Positions 18,092 through 27,938 of a DNA stretch of 64,000 nt are shown piece after piece. The stretch spans positions 13,837 to 77,836 of the forward strand of contig JAZLCA010000064.1 in NCBI GenBank assembly GCA_045613985.1, in the 5' to 3' direction. Both the position numbers and the translations under genes were made by a program. Source of the DNA: Eubacteriales bacterium. GTDB lineage: Bacteria; Bacillota; Clostridia; Oscillospirales; CAG-272. The first letter of the stretch is position 1; each line of letters opens with the position of its first letter. A model generated the notes under the pieces. It was given only the letters and a program-made list of their open reading frames with translations. It was not told where the DNA came from and did not search any database.

Positions 18092-19895
18092 GAGCGCTCA
18101 CCTCCTTTGCTTGATGTGCGGTGCTCTGCTCGTCGTCCAGACGCTGCAGCTCGACCATGGTGCGGTATTCGGGACAGCCGGCAAACAGCTGCTCGTGAGT
18201 ACCGACCGCCATCAAGCGTCCGTCGTCCAAAAAGACGATCTTGTCCATGGATTCGATGGTGGAGATGCGGTGGGCGATGAGAATGGTGGTCTTACCTGCC
18301 CGCTCGCGGCGCAGGTTTTCAAGAATGACCTTTTCGGTCTTGACGTCGACTGCCGAAACGGCATCGTCCAGAATGAGAAGTCCGGCATCCTTGAGCAGGG
18401 CGCGGGCGATGGAGATGCGCTGCTTCTGACCGCCCGAGACGGTCACGCCGCGCTCGCCCAGCATGGTGTCATAGCCGTCGGCAAACTCGGAAATGTTATC
18501 GTGGATATCGGCCAATCGAGCGGCGTTTTCTACCGTCGCGGCATCGGCCTCGCCGCAAGCAAAGGCGATGTTGTGAGCGATGGTGTCACTGAACAGGAAG
18601 TTATCCTGCGGCACGTAGGCGGCGTATTGACGCACGGTGCGGATGGGCATGGTGTTGACGTCCCGACCGTCCATGAACAGGGTTGCGTCGGGGACGTTGT
18701 AGGTGCGGAGCAAGAGATCGACCAGCGTCGTCTTACCGGCGCCGGTTTTACCGATGATACCCACCTGCTCGCCTGCGTTGATGGTAAAGGAAATATCTTT
18801 CAAGGCGTCGTATTCAGCACCGGGGTGGCGGAAGGTCAGGTTGCGGAATTCGATCGCACCCGTCAGAGTCTGGGGCTCGGTCACGTTTTCGCGGTCGCGG
18901 ACGTCGGGCTCGGATTCGAGCAACTCGCCGATGCGCTTGAGCGAGGCTTTGCCGCGGGAGTGCATTTCGATGAGCTGGGAGACGGCCATGATGGGCCAGA
19001 TGATAGCGGTAAAGTAGCCGATGAACTCGACCAGCTGTCCGGCATCGAAGTCACCCTTGAAAACGAGATAGCCGCCGTAGCCCAAAATGACACAGACGAC
19101 AGACTCGACAAACAGCGTGACGAAGATATGGAGCAGCGTGGAGGCCTTGGTGAAATCCACGTTGGTCTCTTCGTTGTTCTTGTTGAGCTTGCGGAAGGAC
19201 AACAACTCGATCGTTTCCTTGACAAATGCCTTGACGACGGCAATGCCCGAGAAGGACTCTTGCGAAAAATCGGACAGAGAAGAGAAGGCGGCCTGGCGGC
19301 TGTCCCACTTCTTTTCCAGATAGTGATCGAGAATGGCGCCGATGCCCAGCAGCAACGCCATGGGGATCATGGAGAGCAGTGTGAGCAGGGGATCCATTTT
19401 GTACATTTCCACGATGGCCATCGCGCCGAGAAAAACAGCGTCGCAGAACATCATGATGCCCCAGCCGAAGCAGTCCTGCACCGTTTCCAGATCGTTGGTG
19501 AACAGGGCCATCAGGTTACCGACCTTGTTGACCTGATAGTATTGCTGGGAAAGATCCTTGCAGTGATCGAACATTCTGCCTCTCAGGTGCGTCTCCATGC
19601 GAATGGCGGCGGTGCGGAAACAGACGCGCCACAAGAAACGTCCTACGATCAGACACAGAATAACCATGATCATGGGCAGGCAGACCTTGTCCAACAGATA
19701 ATCCATGTCGAACGGAACGGTCACGCCGTCCACTTCGGCGGTTCCGTAGGTCAGACCGTTGACAACGGCACGGTACAACTTGGGCAGGATCAATTGCATA
19801 TAGTCCACCATCAAAAGCGCGGCCAATCCAAACAGAATGGAGGGCAGGTAGCGCAGATAATAGCGGTTGATATGTTTGCCGAACAGCAAGTGCAA
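18084..19895 (-). CDS. ABC exporter, fused permease/ATPase half-transporter (heterodimer partner)
   Basis: GKTGAGKTT, VSGGQKQRISIARAL, LILDDAVSAVD. Has an 8-nt overlap with the downstream partner. Start is non-ATG (TTG at 19895 or 19889) after GAGGTGA, so the exact start is uncertain. Confidence 0.85.
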   Translation of the reverse strand: MHLLFGKHINRYYLRYLPSILFGLAALLMVDYMQLILPKLYRAVVNGLTYGTAEVDGVTVPFDMDYLLDKVCLPMIMVILCLIVGRFLWRVCFRTAAIRMETHLRGRMFDHCKDLSQQYYQVNKVGNLMALFTNDLETVQDCFGWGIMMFCDAVFLGAMAIVEMYKMDPLLTLLSMIPMALLLGIGAILDHYLEKKWDSRQAAFSSLSDFSQESFSGIAVVKAFVKETIELLSFRKLNKNNEETNVDFTKASTLLHIFVTLFVESVVCVILGYGGYLVFKGDFDAGQLVEFIGYFTAIIWPIMAVSQLIEMHSRGKASLKRIGELLESEPDVRDRENVTEPQTLTGAIEFRNLTFRHPGAEYDALKDISFTINAGEQVGIIGKTGAGKTTLVDLLLRTYNVPDATLFMDGRDVNTMPIRTVRQYAAYVPQDNFLFSDTIAHNIAFACGEADAATVENAARLADIHDNISEFADGYDTMLGERGVTVSGGQKQRISIARALLKDAGLLILDDAVSAVDVKTEKVILENLRRERAGKTTILIAHRISTIESMDKIVFLDDGRLMAVGTHEQLFAGCPEYRTMVELQRLDDEQSTAHQAKEVSAHA

Positions 19896-20038
19896 TCACC
19901 TCGATTTCTACAAAATTAAAAGATCATATCATTATAACACATATTCATGCTAAAATCAAGCAAGCGAGAAGATAAATTTTCCGGCGGCAGTATAAATTTA
20001 AGACAAGCGGGCAGACCGGTGAGGTCTGCCCGCGAATG

Positions 20039-23000
20039 TTAATCAACGTAGTAAATTTCAATTTGGCTCAATCCCGTGCCCCAACCGGTGCTTGTGTCGG
20101 CGTTGGCAAAGCGGAGATAGAGATAGTCGCTGTCGGGAGCGTACTTTTGGGCCGCTGCGCCGAGGGTGGTTTGGTTCGAGGCGCCTTCGATACGGTTGCC
20201 GTGAACAGCGGCATAATCCTGAATGGTCGTCCAATTTTTGCCGTCCTTGGACACCTGAACGAAATAGTTCTGGCACACCGTCGCAACGACAACGGCATCC
20301 TTGTACTTGGAAAGATCAAAGCGGTAGATGATCTCATTGGACAGGTCGGTGTATTTCAGATCTGCCGAGGCTGCCGAGGAATCCTTGACGATGAAGGGCT
20401 TGTCGTCCTTGCTTGACGAGTTGATGCTCAAGGTCACCTTTTGGCGATCGGGATACATGGCACCGTAATCTATACCCACGGGCTCGAAGCCTTGCGGCAC
20501 GTCATCCTGGCCCGGAGCGGGCAGAGTGACGGGAGGCTCGTTTTCGTAGCGCTGATAGGTGATGGTCAGCGACTTAATGGTGCCGCCCCAGCCGTCGTAG
20601 GTGTTGCAGTCGGCAATGCGGATGTACAGCACGTCGGGGTTGCCCGCCGCGTTTGCCGAAATGGAGACGATGGTGTTGTTGCCTCCGCCTTGCAGCGTTC
20701 CCGCATACCCTTCCGTCTTGGAGTAGTCGGCTAAAACAGTCCACTTTTTGTTGTCGGTGGAATAGGAAACGAGGTAGTTTTGAAGCACCTCCATGGAGAT
20801 GGTGGCGTTGCGGAACATGGTCAAGTCGATCTTGTAGACGATGCGGTTGATACCGTCGGCGTAGCGGAAGTTTTCGTTGGCACCGCCCGTGTTGCGAAAC
20901 AGCAGCGCGGCATCCAGATTTTCGTTGTTCGTTTTGATCTTCAGCTCCTCCATAACGAAGGTGGGGGAGTCTTGCACAAACTCATCGCCCCACTCGACCG
21001 TAACGGTCGCGCCGTCTACCGAGCCTTGGATCTGAACGAGCAGGGAATCGGTGTCGCCGTCCCAATGGGAAATGACGTTGAGATCGGAGCCGTCCGCACT
21101 CTTGGCAGTGATGCTCTGCGGGTACCATCCGTCGGCGCAGGCAAGACGGGAGGAAATGACGGTGCCGTTGGGACCGGAGATGCAGAACACGGTTTTGTTC
21201 GCCTCTTCGATGGGGGCGTAAGCGTGGGCGCCGCCGCTGTAAAGCAGGCGGGGAACGGACAGATCCGTCCCGGAGATATCGCACAGCAGAGCGTCGGCGC
21301 GGGCGTCGAGCACGATGTGATCGATGATGGGCAGGGTGGGATCAAAAAGGTTGATGAAGGATCCGACCAGCACGCCTCCGTCGGCAAAAGAGTGTGCCGC
21401 AACGATGCGGCCTCGTTTGGTCCAGGTCAGCGTCGTCGGAGCATATTCGTACATCGTGTAATAGTTGCAGGCGTAGGCGACCAGGTCCTGCATGGCGTCA
21501 GTACCGCCTGCCTGCTGGGAGAACATGGCCGAGGGGAGTCCTACGGCGATCAGCGTGCCGTCGCCGGTTGCCTGGCATATGCCGACGTTGTGGACCTTGC
21601 CGTCCGCACCGACTGCCGTGAACAAAGGCTCGGCGTCAGCTCCTTCGAAGGCGGCGTAGTAGTTGTTGTATTTGGAAGAGAGTGACAGCTGTGTCAGGGC
21701 ATTCTTCTCATCCTCCCAGGTGATGCGGGTTCCATTGGTGAAATGCGGCGCGGTGACACTTACATCGAGATCGAGCTTCTCAAACAGAGCCATCAAGGGA
21801 GAGCCCCAAGGAGCCAACCATTCGCCCGCCGAGGTCTCGAAATCGTCGTGACCGCCGACGTACAAGGCGATACCTCCCGCCTTGATCCAGTCGGCAATGG
21901 CGTCCACCACCGTCTCGGACAACGGCTTTTGGCAATCCCAGGAGAGAAGCAAAAGCGTCACGTCCTTCAAATCTTTGGCTGAGGTGATATTTTCCATGGA
22001 CTGCACCCGAACGGGAATACCGTCGCTGACGAGGGGAAGCGTCACGCCGTAGTAACCGTCCTTGGAGGACAGCGACCAATTGCCGGACTGCCAGGACAGT
22101 GAATCGGACAACAGGTAGGTGATGCCGGGGGTACCGGCACTTGTGGTGATGGCCTTACCGCTCATTTCGTTGAGGGCCTCAAAGCAGGAAAGCTGCAGCG
22201 TTCGATAGTCGGGAGAGACTGCCACAAAGCCGCGGGAGGGCCAGACCGATGCTTCAAAGCGGTGAATTTCGGGCTGCATCAAGGCAGATACCAGCGTTGC
22301 GCGGTATTTGGGGAAGCAGACGTCCTCCGTCCAATCGGGAGAGTCCGACATGGTATCGGTGATAGCGAACAGATCCAGATCGCCCGATGCACCTGCGTAC
22401 GAGGCGTAACCGAGATAGGCATTTTCGTATTCGAGCGTTTGCATCTGGCCATCCACAAGCAGTCCCACGCTGGCGGTATTGCTCCAGGTCTGACCGATCA
22501 CACCGTCGATCTTGCCTGTGGCAAGATAAGAGTTGAGCCCCGCCGTGATCGCGATGCTGGTGTAGCTGGCTGTCGAATGGCTGGCGACGTACAATTTGGT
22601 GTTGGGCGAAAGCTCGTGCATACGGTCAGCGATCTCGGACAGCAGGCGATCAAACAGATAGACCTTGAGGCGCATGGTCTTGAGCATGGCTTCGGGAGAG
22701 GCCGTCTGAGGCTGCCAGGCTTCACCGTAGTAGTCTTCCCATTCCTGCTTGAAACCGTCCGAATAACCCGAGGCGTACCACATCTCGGGCTCTTCAAAGG
22801 TGATGGAATCGACGGGATATTTCTCCAGAATATGCTTCACCATTTGCCAGATATATTCGGTCCAACCCGCAGTGGGAACCATGTAATACACCTTGTCGCT
22901 GGTCGAGTGGGTGATGTATTTTCCGTTGGCATCCGTTTGGATGTCACCTAAATTTTCGGGACTTTGAGCGACGTAGTCATGCGAGTCGCGGTTGATAGGC

Positions 23001-23548
23001 ATCATGATATTGATGCTGTAAAAATCCTCGGCGGCGTACCAGGAGGGAATGACGCTGTCAAGCTGCGAGGGGACGGAAACGTAGGCCATGACCGCCTCGG
23101 TGTTGATGCGTTGGCTGTCCTGATAGCGGGAGGAGGTCTGGAAGGTGGTGACCGTTCCGTTTACACCCAGCGAGTCGTAGTGCGTCATGTACTGGTTGAC
23201 GACTTCGGAAAGACCGTCGGGAACGCCTGCAGTGCTTGCTTCGGGCTGAAGAAGGGTGCCCTCGGTGATGGAATATTCCCGCAAAGTGACGCTCGTTTGT
23301 CCATCGGCGCGGCTTGCATGAGGATTGTAGCGGCCGCTCTGGGCGGGGGGATCGCCGGGGCCATCGGGACGGTCGGGGGGATTGTCCGGAGGATTATCGG
23401 GTGGAAGATCTTCGGGGGGCGTATCGTCGACAGGCGGGTCGCCGGCCGGCGGCGTGGGCTTTGAACAGGCCCCAAAGGAGAACAGCATTGTCATAGATAA
23501 AGTAAGAAGTAAAATGCGGCGGAAAAGTACATGGTGTTTTCTCGTCAT
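20039..23548 (-). CDS. Large lipoprotein (1169 aa) of unknown function with a Pro/Asp-rich tether and two C-terminal CBM-like repeats
   Basis: Start moved to MTRKHHVLFRRILLLTLSMTMLFSFGAC (lipobox; RBS GAAAGGAAG). The C-terminus has two related modules of about 130 aa (..RYADGINRIVYKIDL..QNYLVSYSTDNKKWT..YIRIADCNTYDGWGG.. and ..KYTDLSNEIIYRFDL..QNYFVQVSKDGKNWT..YLRFANADTSTGWGT..). Confidence 0.7.
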   Translation of the reverse strand: MTRKHHVLFRRILLLTLSMTMLFSFGACSKPTPPAGDPPVDDTPPEDLPPDNPPDNPPDRPDGPGDPPAQSGRYNPHASRADGQTSVTLREYSITEGTLLQPEASTAGVPDGLSEVVNQYMTHYDSLGVNGTVTTFQTSSRYQDSQRINTEAVMAYVSVPSQLDSVIPSWYAAEDFYSINIMMPINRDSHDYVAQSPENLGDIQTDANGKYITHSTSDKVYYMVPTAGWTEYIWQMVKHILEKYPVDSITFEEPEMWYASGYSDGFKQEWEDYYGEAWQPQTASPEAMLKTMRLKVYLFDRLLSEIADRMHELSPNTKLYVASHSTASYTSIAITAGLNSYLATGKIDGVIGQTWSNTASVGLLVDGQMQTLEYENAYLGYASYAGASGDLDLFAITDTMSDSPDWTEDVCFPKYRATLVSALMQPEIHRFEASVWPSRGFVAVSPDYRTLQLSCFEALNEMSGKAITTSAGTPGITYLLSDSLSWQSGNWSLSSKDGYYGVTLPLVSDGIPVRVQSMENITSAKDLKDVTLLLLSWDCQKPLSETVVDAIADWIKAGGIALYVGGHDDFETSAGEWLAPWGSPLMALFEKLDLDVSVTAPHFTNGTRITWEDEKNALTQLSLSSKYNNYYAAFEGADAEPLFTAVGADGKVHNVGICQATGDGTLIAVGLPSAMFSQQAGGTDAMQDLVAYACNYYTMYEYAPTTLTWTKRGRIVAAHSFADGGVLVGSFINLFDPTLPIIDHIVLDARADALLCDISGTDLSVPRLLYSGGAHAYAPIEEANKTVFCISGPNGTVISSRLACADGWYPQSITAKSADGSDLNVISHWDGDTDSLLVQIQGSVDGATVTVEWGDEFVQDSPTFVMEELKIKTNNENLDAALLFRNTGGANENFRYADGINRIVYKIDLTMFRNATISMEVLQNYLVSYSTDNKKWTVLADYSKTEGYAGTLQGGGNNTIVSISANAAGNPDVLYIRIADCNTYDGWGGTIKSLTITYQRYENEPPVTLPAPGQDDVPQGFEPVGIDYGAMYPDRQKVTLSINSSSKDDKPFIVKDSSAASADLKYTDLSNEIIYRFDLSKYKDAVVVATVCQNYFVQVSKDGKNWTTIQDYAAVHGNRIEGASNQTTLGAAAQKYAPDSDYLYLRFANADTSTGWGTGLSQIEIYYVD

Positions 23549-23903
23549 GGCGGGGGACTTCCTTTCTTGACAAATTGACGCCCGATGCGTCGTCTTGGTA
23601 TTATGATACCATAGCAAAAAAGGAGAGTCAACAATTTTCAAAGGGTAATGTTGCACAAAGTTTATGATGAATGAATGATTGGGGAATCCGACTGCCGCTT
23701 CGCGGCATCGGCGGAGTCTGCCTGTGGTGAACTTGCGGGATATGGATAGTAGAACTTTGGCAAGCTCCGCGAGCTCAAAAAGAATATCTCGCGGGCGGAA
23801 CACCCGCGCCTCGCTTTGCGAGGACGATATTCTTTCGACGGGGTTTTCATCCCGAAAGATAACAACAAAAGGCAAAGCACACGCTGTGTGATCTGCCTTT
23901 TGC

Positions 23904-23929
23904 TGGTGACCCATCGGGGAATCAGAACC
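23904..23929 (-). repeat. Degenerate copy of the tRNA-Lys 3' end (T-loop to CCA)
   Basis: The minus strand reads GGTTCTGATTCCCCGATGGGTCACCA. The last 20 nt are identical to the 3' end of the tRNA at 24071-24146, and the T-loop carries one extra nt (TTCTGATT versus TTCGATT). It is followed by the hairpin CAAAAGGCA..TGCCTTTTG. Confidence 0.8.
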
Positions 23930-24070
23930 TTGTTTTGCGCTCTTACAACTTCAAAATTGTAGCAATAACAAGCGCAAAACGAGCAAATCCTGCGGATTTG
24001 CGAGGCTTCGTTCCATTCAAGGAATCTTCAAAACAAAAACAACCTGCTGTGTAGCAGGTTGTTTTTGTTT

Positions 24071-24146
24071 TGGTGACCCATCGGGGAATCGAACCCCGGA
24101 CACCTTGATTAAAAGTCAAGTGCTCTACCGCCTGAGCTAATGGGTC
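24071..24146 (-). tRNA. tRNA-Lys (anticodon UUU)
   Basis: Hand-folded cloverleaf: acceptor GACCCAT/ATGGGTC, D arm GCTC/GAGC, anticodon arm CTTGA-CTTTTAA-TCAAG, T arm CGGGG-TTCGATT-CCCCG, encoded CCA. Confidence 0.93.
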
Positions 24147-24166
24147 AAATCGGTTTTAACTTGGAT

Positions 24167-24195
24167 AGTATATCACAAAAGTTTTGGCTTGTCAA
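24167..24195 (-). promoter_or_regulatory. sigma-A-like promoter of tRNA-Lys (TTGACA-N17-TATACT)
   Basis: The hexamers sit at 24195-24190 and 24172-24167 on the minus strand, about 20 nt upstream of tRNA position 1. Confidence 0.6.
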
Positions 24196-24339
24196 GGAGT
24201 TTTGGAAAAAAGATGAAAAATCCTTGGTTGCGCGTATTTTCAAGATAGTTTTTGCCTTACGACGGGAGTTTATGCAAAATAAGAAAAGAGCTACCCCGTC
24301 GCCACAATACGGGGAACGGGGTAGCCGGGTTTGATTGGG

Positions 24340-27300
24340 TTATTCGGATCGGAGTGCGATGACGGGATCCTTGCGGGAGGCGATACGGGCAGGAACCAGG
24401 CCTGCGATGAAGGTCAACACCATACTGATGATGACCAGCGCGATGGCGCCGCCCAGCGGCAGGACTGCCGTGATGCTGTCAATTCCCGTGGCCGCACGGA
24501 GGATGAGCGTGATGGGGATGCAGACGAGGGCGGTAAAGCCGATACCGATCGCACCTGCTGCAAAGCCGACGATAAGTGTTTCGGCATTGAACACCCGCGA
24601 GATATCCCGCTTGGATGCGCCGATGGCGCGCAGAATACCGATCTCCTTGATACGTTCCAGCACCGAGATATAGGTGATGATGCCGATCATGATGGAGGAA
24701 ACGACCAGAGAAATGGAAACGAAGGCGATCAACACGTAGGAAATGGCGTCGACAATAATGGTTACCGAGGACATCATGTTACCTACGATATCGGTGTACT
24801 GCAGCTGGTCTTCTTTCTTTACGGAGCCGTTATACTCCGCGATGAAATCTTCCAAGTATGCCTTGGCGTCAAAGTCAACCGCGTAGAAATTGATGGAGGC
24901 GGGATCGCCTTTGACGGAGTCACCCAACAGCGACAGGTTGGAATCGTAGGTCGCGTCGGTCTGGGGCGCGAGATCGTACAGCGTATCCTGCAAGGTGGTG
25001 AACTGCTCGTCGTCCATCATGCGAAGCAGGGTGGGGAAGTTGGTATCATCGACGGACATGAGCAACAGCTGCTCGTTCATAAAGTCGTAGATGCTTGCCA
25101 TGGCTTCCTCGCCGCACATGGCCTGCAAGCCCTTGATATCCATGGGAACCTGTTCGGACTTGGGAATACCGCCGATGGCCACCATGATCTGCTCCAGGGA
25201 CAAGGCGGGCAACAGCGTGACCAAGTTGTCGGGGGTGATTTCGACACCGGGCATCATCTTCGAAAGTGCCATGGTGAGAATGCTCAACGACATGGTATTG
25301 GCGGGATTTGCCTTGGCAATGTCCAACATCTGGGAGATCAGAGCGGTCAATTGCTCGTTGTTCATCATGGCGGCAAAGCCCATAAAGCTATCGGCATTCA
25401 CAGGCGGGTTTGCCACAAACATATCGTGGATCTGCTCGGTCATAAAGGCATACAGCGCATCCAGCGTTTTTCTGTCGATGGTGCGGATGAGCTCATCAAT
25501 GTTTTCCTTGGTGTAAACGGTGCGCTCGAATTTGAGGCCGGTCAGCACGTTGTATTCGGGAGCCGCCTTTTGTTGAGCGATGATCTCGCTCTGTTCATTT
25601 TGCTCCAGAATCAGATCGGTCAGCGCCTTGGTGTAGCCGATGGCACCTGTGATGGAGGTAGCAGCAACGCCCTTCTTGGGACGCACGATGCCGGCGATCT
25701 TGAGCTCCATGCCGTTCTCGGTGACGAATTTTTCCTGGTCATAGTGGAGGGCATCCTCGCGCAGATCCTCCCAAACGGGATAGGTCACACCGTCGACCGT
25801 ATAGGTCATGCCATCCTTTTTGGCAAAGAAATCGGAGGTGTTGACCAGGCGGAAGGTCATGTTAAGGAAATCGTCGTAGGTGTAAGGATCCATGGGCGTG
25901 GTGTCGAGCGTTTTGTTCTCGAGCAGATCCTTCATGATATCCTCCAACTCACTCTGATCCAGTACGCCCAGCATATACAGCGTCATTTTGCTGATTTGGT
26001 TGTTGCTGCTGATGACCAGAACGACCTCGTCCGCCTCTGTGGGCCAGTCACCTGCGACGACCTCGTACTGCTGATCCAAAAGGGTCTGATTGTTGATCAT
26101 TTCGGACAGGATGCCCATGCCGCCCATGGGAGAAGCGGACATCAGCTCGGTCATGCCGGCAAAGGCATCACCCATGTTGTCAAAGATCTCGGTGGGATTG
26201 ACCTGCGTTTTTCCGTCCGAGGTGAAGACCTGCAGATCGAAATCGTAGGTGTACTGAATGTCGTTGATATAGGGGCGGAGCTCATCCATGTGGGCGTCGA
26301 GATAGCTCTTGAAATCGGCCAGGTTGTTCTTGACGGTGGCATTCATGGCCGCCATCATGTTGCCCAGCGAATCGTCCACGTGGATCATACCTGAATTGGA
26401 ATAGTCATGCGAATCATCCACGGCCGTCATAGCACCCAGCATGGCCGAGAAGTCCTGCGTTTCACGTTGGATGGTCAAGGGATAGGTGGACAGCGTGTCT
26501 TCTTGCACGGTGGCGATGAACAGATTGACGCCGTTGGACAGAGCAAGAATGAGCGCGATACCGATGATACCGATACTGCCCGCAAAAGAGGTCAGGAAGG
26601 TGCGTCCCTTTTTGGTCATCAGGTTCTGGAAGGAAAGCGACAGAGCGGTGAAGAAGGACATGGAACGCTTGCCCTTGCCGCTGCCGTCGTCGTGCTTTTT
26701 GGCCTTCTTTTTGGCGTTTGCACGCTGTTCTGCCAGCTTGGCACGATAAGCCGCGGCGTCTTCTTCGGCTTCCTTTTCCTCGTAAGGATTGGAGTCGCCC
26801 GTAACCTTGCCGTCCACCAGCTTGACGATGCGATTGGCGTAGGTATCGGCCAATTCGGGGTTGTGGGTAACCATAATAATGAGCTTATCCTTGGAGATCT
26901 CGCGCAAAATATCCATGATCTGAACGCTGGTCACGGTGTCAAGCGCACCTGTCGGCTCGTCGGCCAAGAGGATATCGGGATCGTTAACGAGGGCGCGGGC
27001 AATAGCTACGCGCTGCATTTGTCCTCCCGACATCTGATTGGGCTTTTTGTGGATCTGGTCGCCAAGGCCTACTTTTTCGAGTGCTTCCTTGGCACGGCGT
27101 CGGCGTTCGGTTCGGGAAACGCCCGACAGCGTCAGGGCCAATTCTACGTTGGCAAGAACGCTTTGGTGAGGGATGAGATTATAGCTCTGAAAGACAAAAC
27201 CGATGGAGTGATTGCGGTAGGTGTCCCAATCGGCGGCCTTGTATTCCTTGGTGGAACGGCCGTTGATGATGAGGTCACCGCTGCTGTAGCGGTCAAGACC

Positions 27301-27459
27301 GCCGAGGATGTTGAGCAACGTCGTCTTGCCGCAACCCGACGGGCCGAGAACGGCCACGAATTCGCTGTCGCGGAAGGCAAGATCCACACCGCGCAGGGCA
27401 GGGACGCTCTCTGCTCCGCCGACGTCGTAGGATTTGACAATGCCTTTTAATTGCAGCAT
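24340..27459 (-). CDS. Fused ABC ATPase + FtsX/MacB-type permease with a very large extracytoplasmic domain
   Basis: 1039 aa. N-terminal [36 protein letters not shown]-terminal FtsX-like TM bundle (..[19 protein letters not shown]..). RBS GAAAGGAG. Confidence 0.85.
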   Translation of the reverse strand: MLQLKGIVKSYDVGGAESVPALRGVDLAFRDSEFVAVLGPSGCGKTTLLNILGGLDRYSSGDLIINGRSTKEYKAADWDTYRNHSIGFVFQSYNLIPHQSVLANVELALTLSGVSRTERRRRAKEALEKVGLGDQIHKKPNQMSGGQMQRVAIARALVNDPDILLADEPTGALDTVTSVQIMDILREISKDKLIIMVTHNPELADTYANRIVKLVDGKVTGDSNPYEEKEAEEDAAAYRAKLAEQRANAKKKAKKHDDGSGKGKRSMSFFTALSLSFQNLMTKKGRTFLTSFAGSIGIIGIALILALSNGVNLFIATVQEDTLSTYPLTIQRETQDFSAMLGAMTAVDDSHDYSNSGMIHVDDSLGNMMAAMNATVKNNLADFKSYLDAHMDELRPYINDIQYTYDFDLQVFTSDGKTQVNPTEIFDNMGDAFAGMTELMSASPMGGMGILSEMINNQTLLDQQYEVVAGDWPTEADEVVLVISSNNQISKMTLYMLGVLDQSELEDIMKDLLENKTLDTTPMDPYTYDDFLNMTFRLVNTSDFFAKKDGMTYTVDGVTYPVWEDLREDALHYDQEKFVTENGMELKIAGIVRPKKGVAATSITGAIGYTKALTDLILEQNEQSEIIAQQKAAPEYNVLTGLKFERTVYTKENIDELIRTIDRKTLDALYAFMTEQIHDMFVANPPVNADSFMGFAAMMNNEQLTALISQMLDIAKANPANTMSLSILTMALSKMMPGVEITPDNLVTLLPALSLEQIMVAIGGIPKSEQVPMDIKGLQAMCGEEAMASIYDFMNEQLLLMSVDDTNFPTLLRMMDDEQFTTLQDTLYDLAPQTDATYDSNLSLLGDSVKGDPASINFYAVDFDAKAYLEDFIAEYNGSVKKEDQLQYTDIVGNMMSSVTIIVDAISYVLIAFVSISLVVSSIMIGIITYISVLERIKEIGILRAIGASKRDISRVFNAETLIVGFAAGAIGIGFTALVCIPITLILRAATGIDSITAVLPLGGAIALVIISMVLTFIAGLVPARIASRKDPVIALRSE

Positions 27460-27529
27460 AATATGACTCCTTTCAAAAAATAGGAGCGCAAAATCGTGTT
27501 TTGCGCATTCGGTAATTTATGATAGTGCT

Positions 27530-27558
27530 ATTATAAGGAAGTATTTGCCCACTGTCAA
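27530..27558 (-). promoter_or_regulatory. sigma-A consensus promoter (TTGACA-N17-TATAAT) of the fused ABC gene
   Basis: Perfect hexamers on the minus strand. The leader contains the hairpin GCGCAAAA-CACGA-TTTTGCGC. Confidence 0.65.
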
Positions 27559-27669
27559 GAAAAATGCCGCATCGTTTAAAAAAAGTTTTCATTCGTGTCA
27601 TGAAGTCACGGATTTTTACGTTGGTGAAGATATAAAAAGGAGACGTCTGTCGAATCAGACGTCTCCTTT

Positions 27670-27696
27670 TGGCACCCCCCAGCGAGAATCAGAACC
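27670..27696 (-). repeat. Degenerate copy of the tRNA-Arg 3' end (T-loop to CCA)
   Basis: The minus strand reads GGTTCTGATTCTCGCTGGGGGGTGCCA. It matches the tRNA-Arg 3' end apart from one extra G and the same 1-nt T-loop insertion seen in the Lys copy. It is followed by a strong terminator hairpin GGAGACGTCTG/CAGACGTCTCC + T5. Confidence 0.8.
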
Positions 27697-27837
27697 GCGC
27701 CCTCGCCTGCGTCGAGGGCAACAAATCGCGTTTTATAAAGCAAGACTCGTTCTGCTTGCGAGCGATTTGCGGTGAGTTTGATGTGACCCGCTGAAAATGC
27801 AAAACCGACACCTCCGCCAGTGCGGAAATGTCGGTTT

Positions 27838-27912
27838 TGGCACCCCCAGCGAGAATCGAACTCACAACTAACCCTTAGGAGGGGCTTGTTATATCCATTT
27901 AACTATGAGGGC
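27838..27912 (-). tRNA. tRNA-Arg (anticodon CCU)
   Basis: Hand-folded cloverleaf: acceptor GCCCTCA/TGGGGGT (two G:U pairs), D arm GTTA/TAAC, anticodon arm AGCCC-CTCCTAA-GGGTT, T arm GTGAG-TTCGATT-CTCGC, encoded CCA. Confidence 0.9.
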
Positions 27913-27938
27913 GTGCGGGCGCGGGTGCGCCCGATATT

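Noticed and set aside
23549-23914. A 122-aa N-terminal extension of the large lipoprotein ORF, as given in the ORF track (start 23914).
   Set aside because: An internal ATG at 23548 has a good RBS (GAAAGGAAG) and is immediately followed by a canonical lipoprotein signal peptide. The extension overlaps a hairpin-rich intergenic region and a promoter-like TTGACT-N17-TATCAT.
23904-27912. The partial tRNA 3' copies read as attL/attR of one genomic island carrying the MacB-type ABC gene.
   Set aside because: Each partial copy matches its own adjacent tRNA (Lys with Lys, Arg with Arg) only 147 nt away. There is no single tRNA sequence duplicated across the 3.5-kb interval, and no integrase or mobility gene lies between them.
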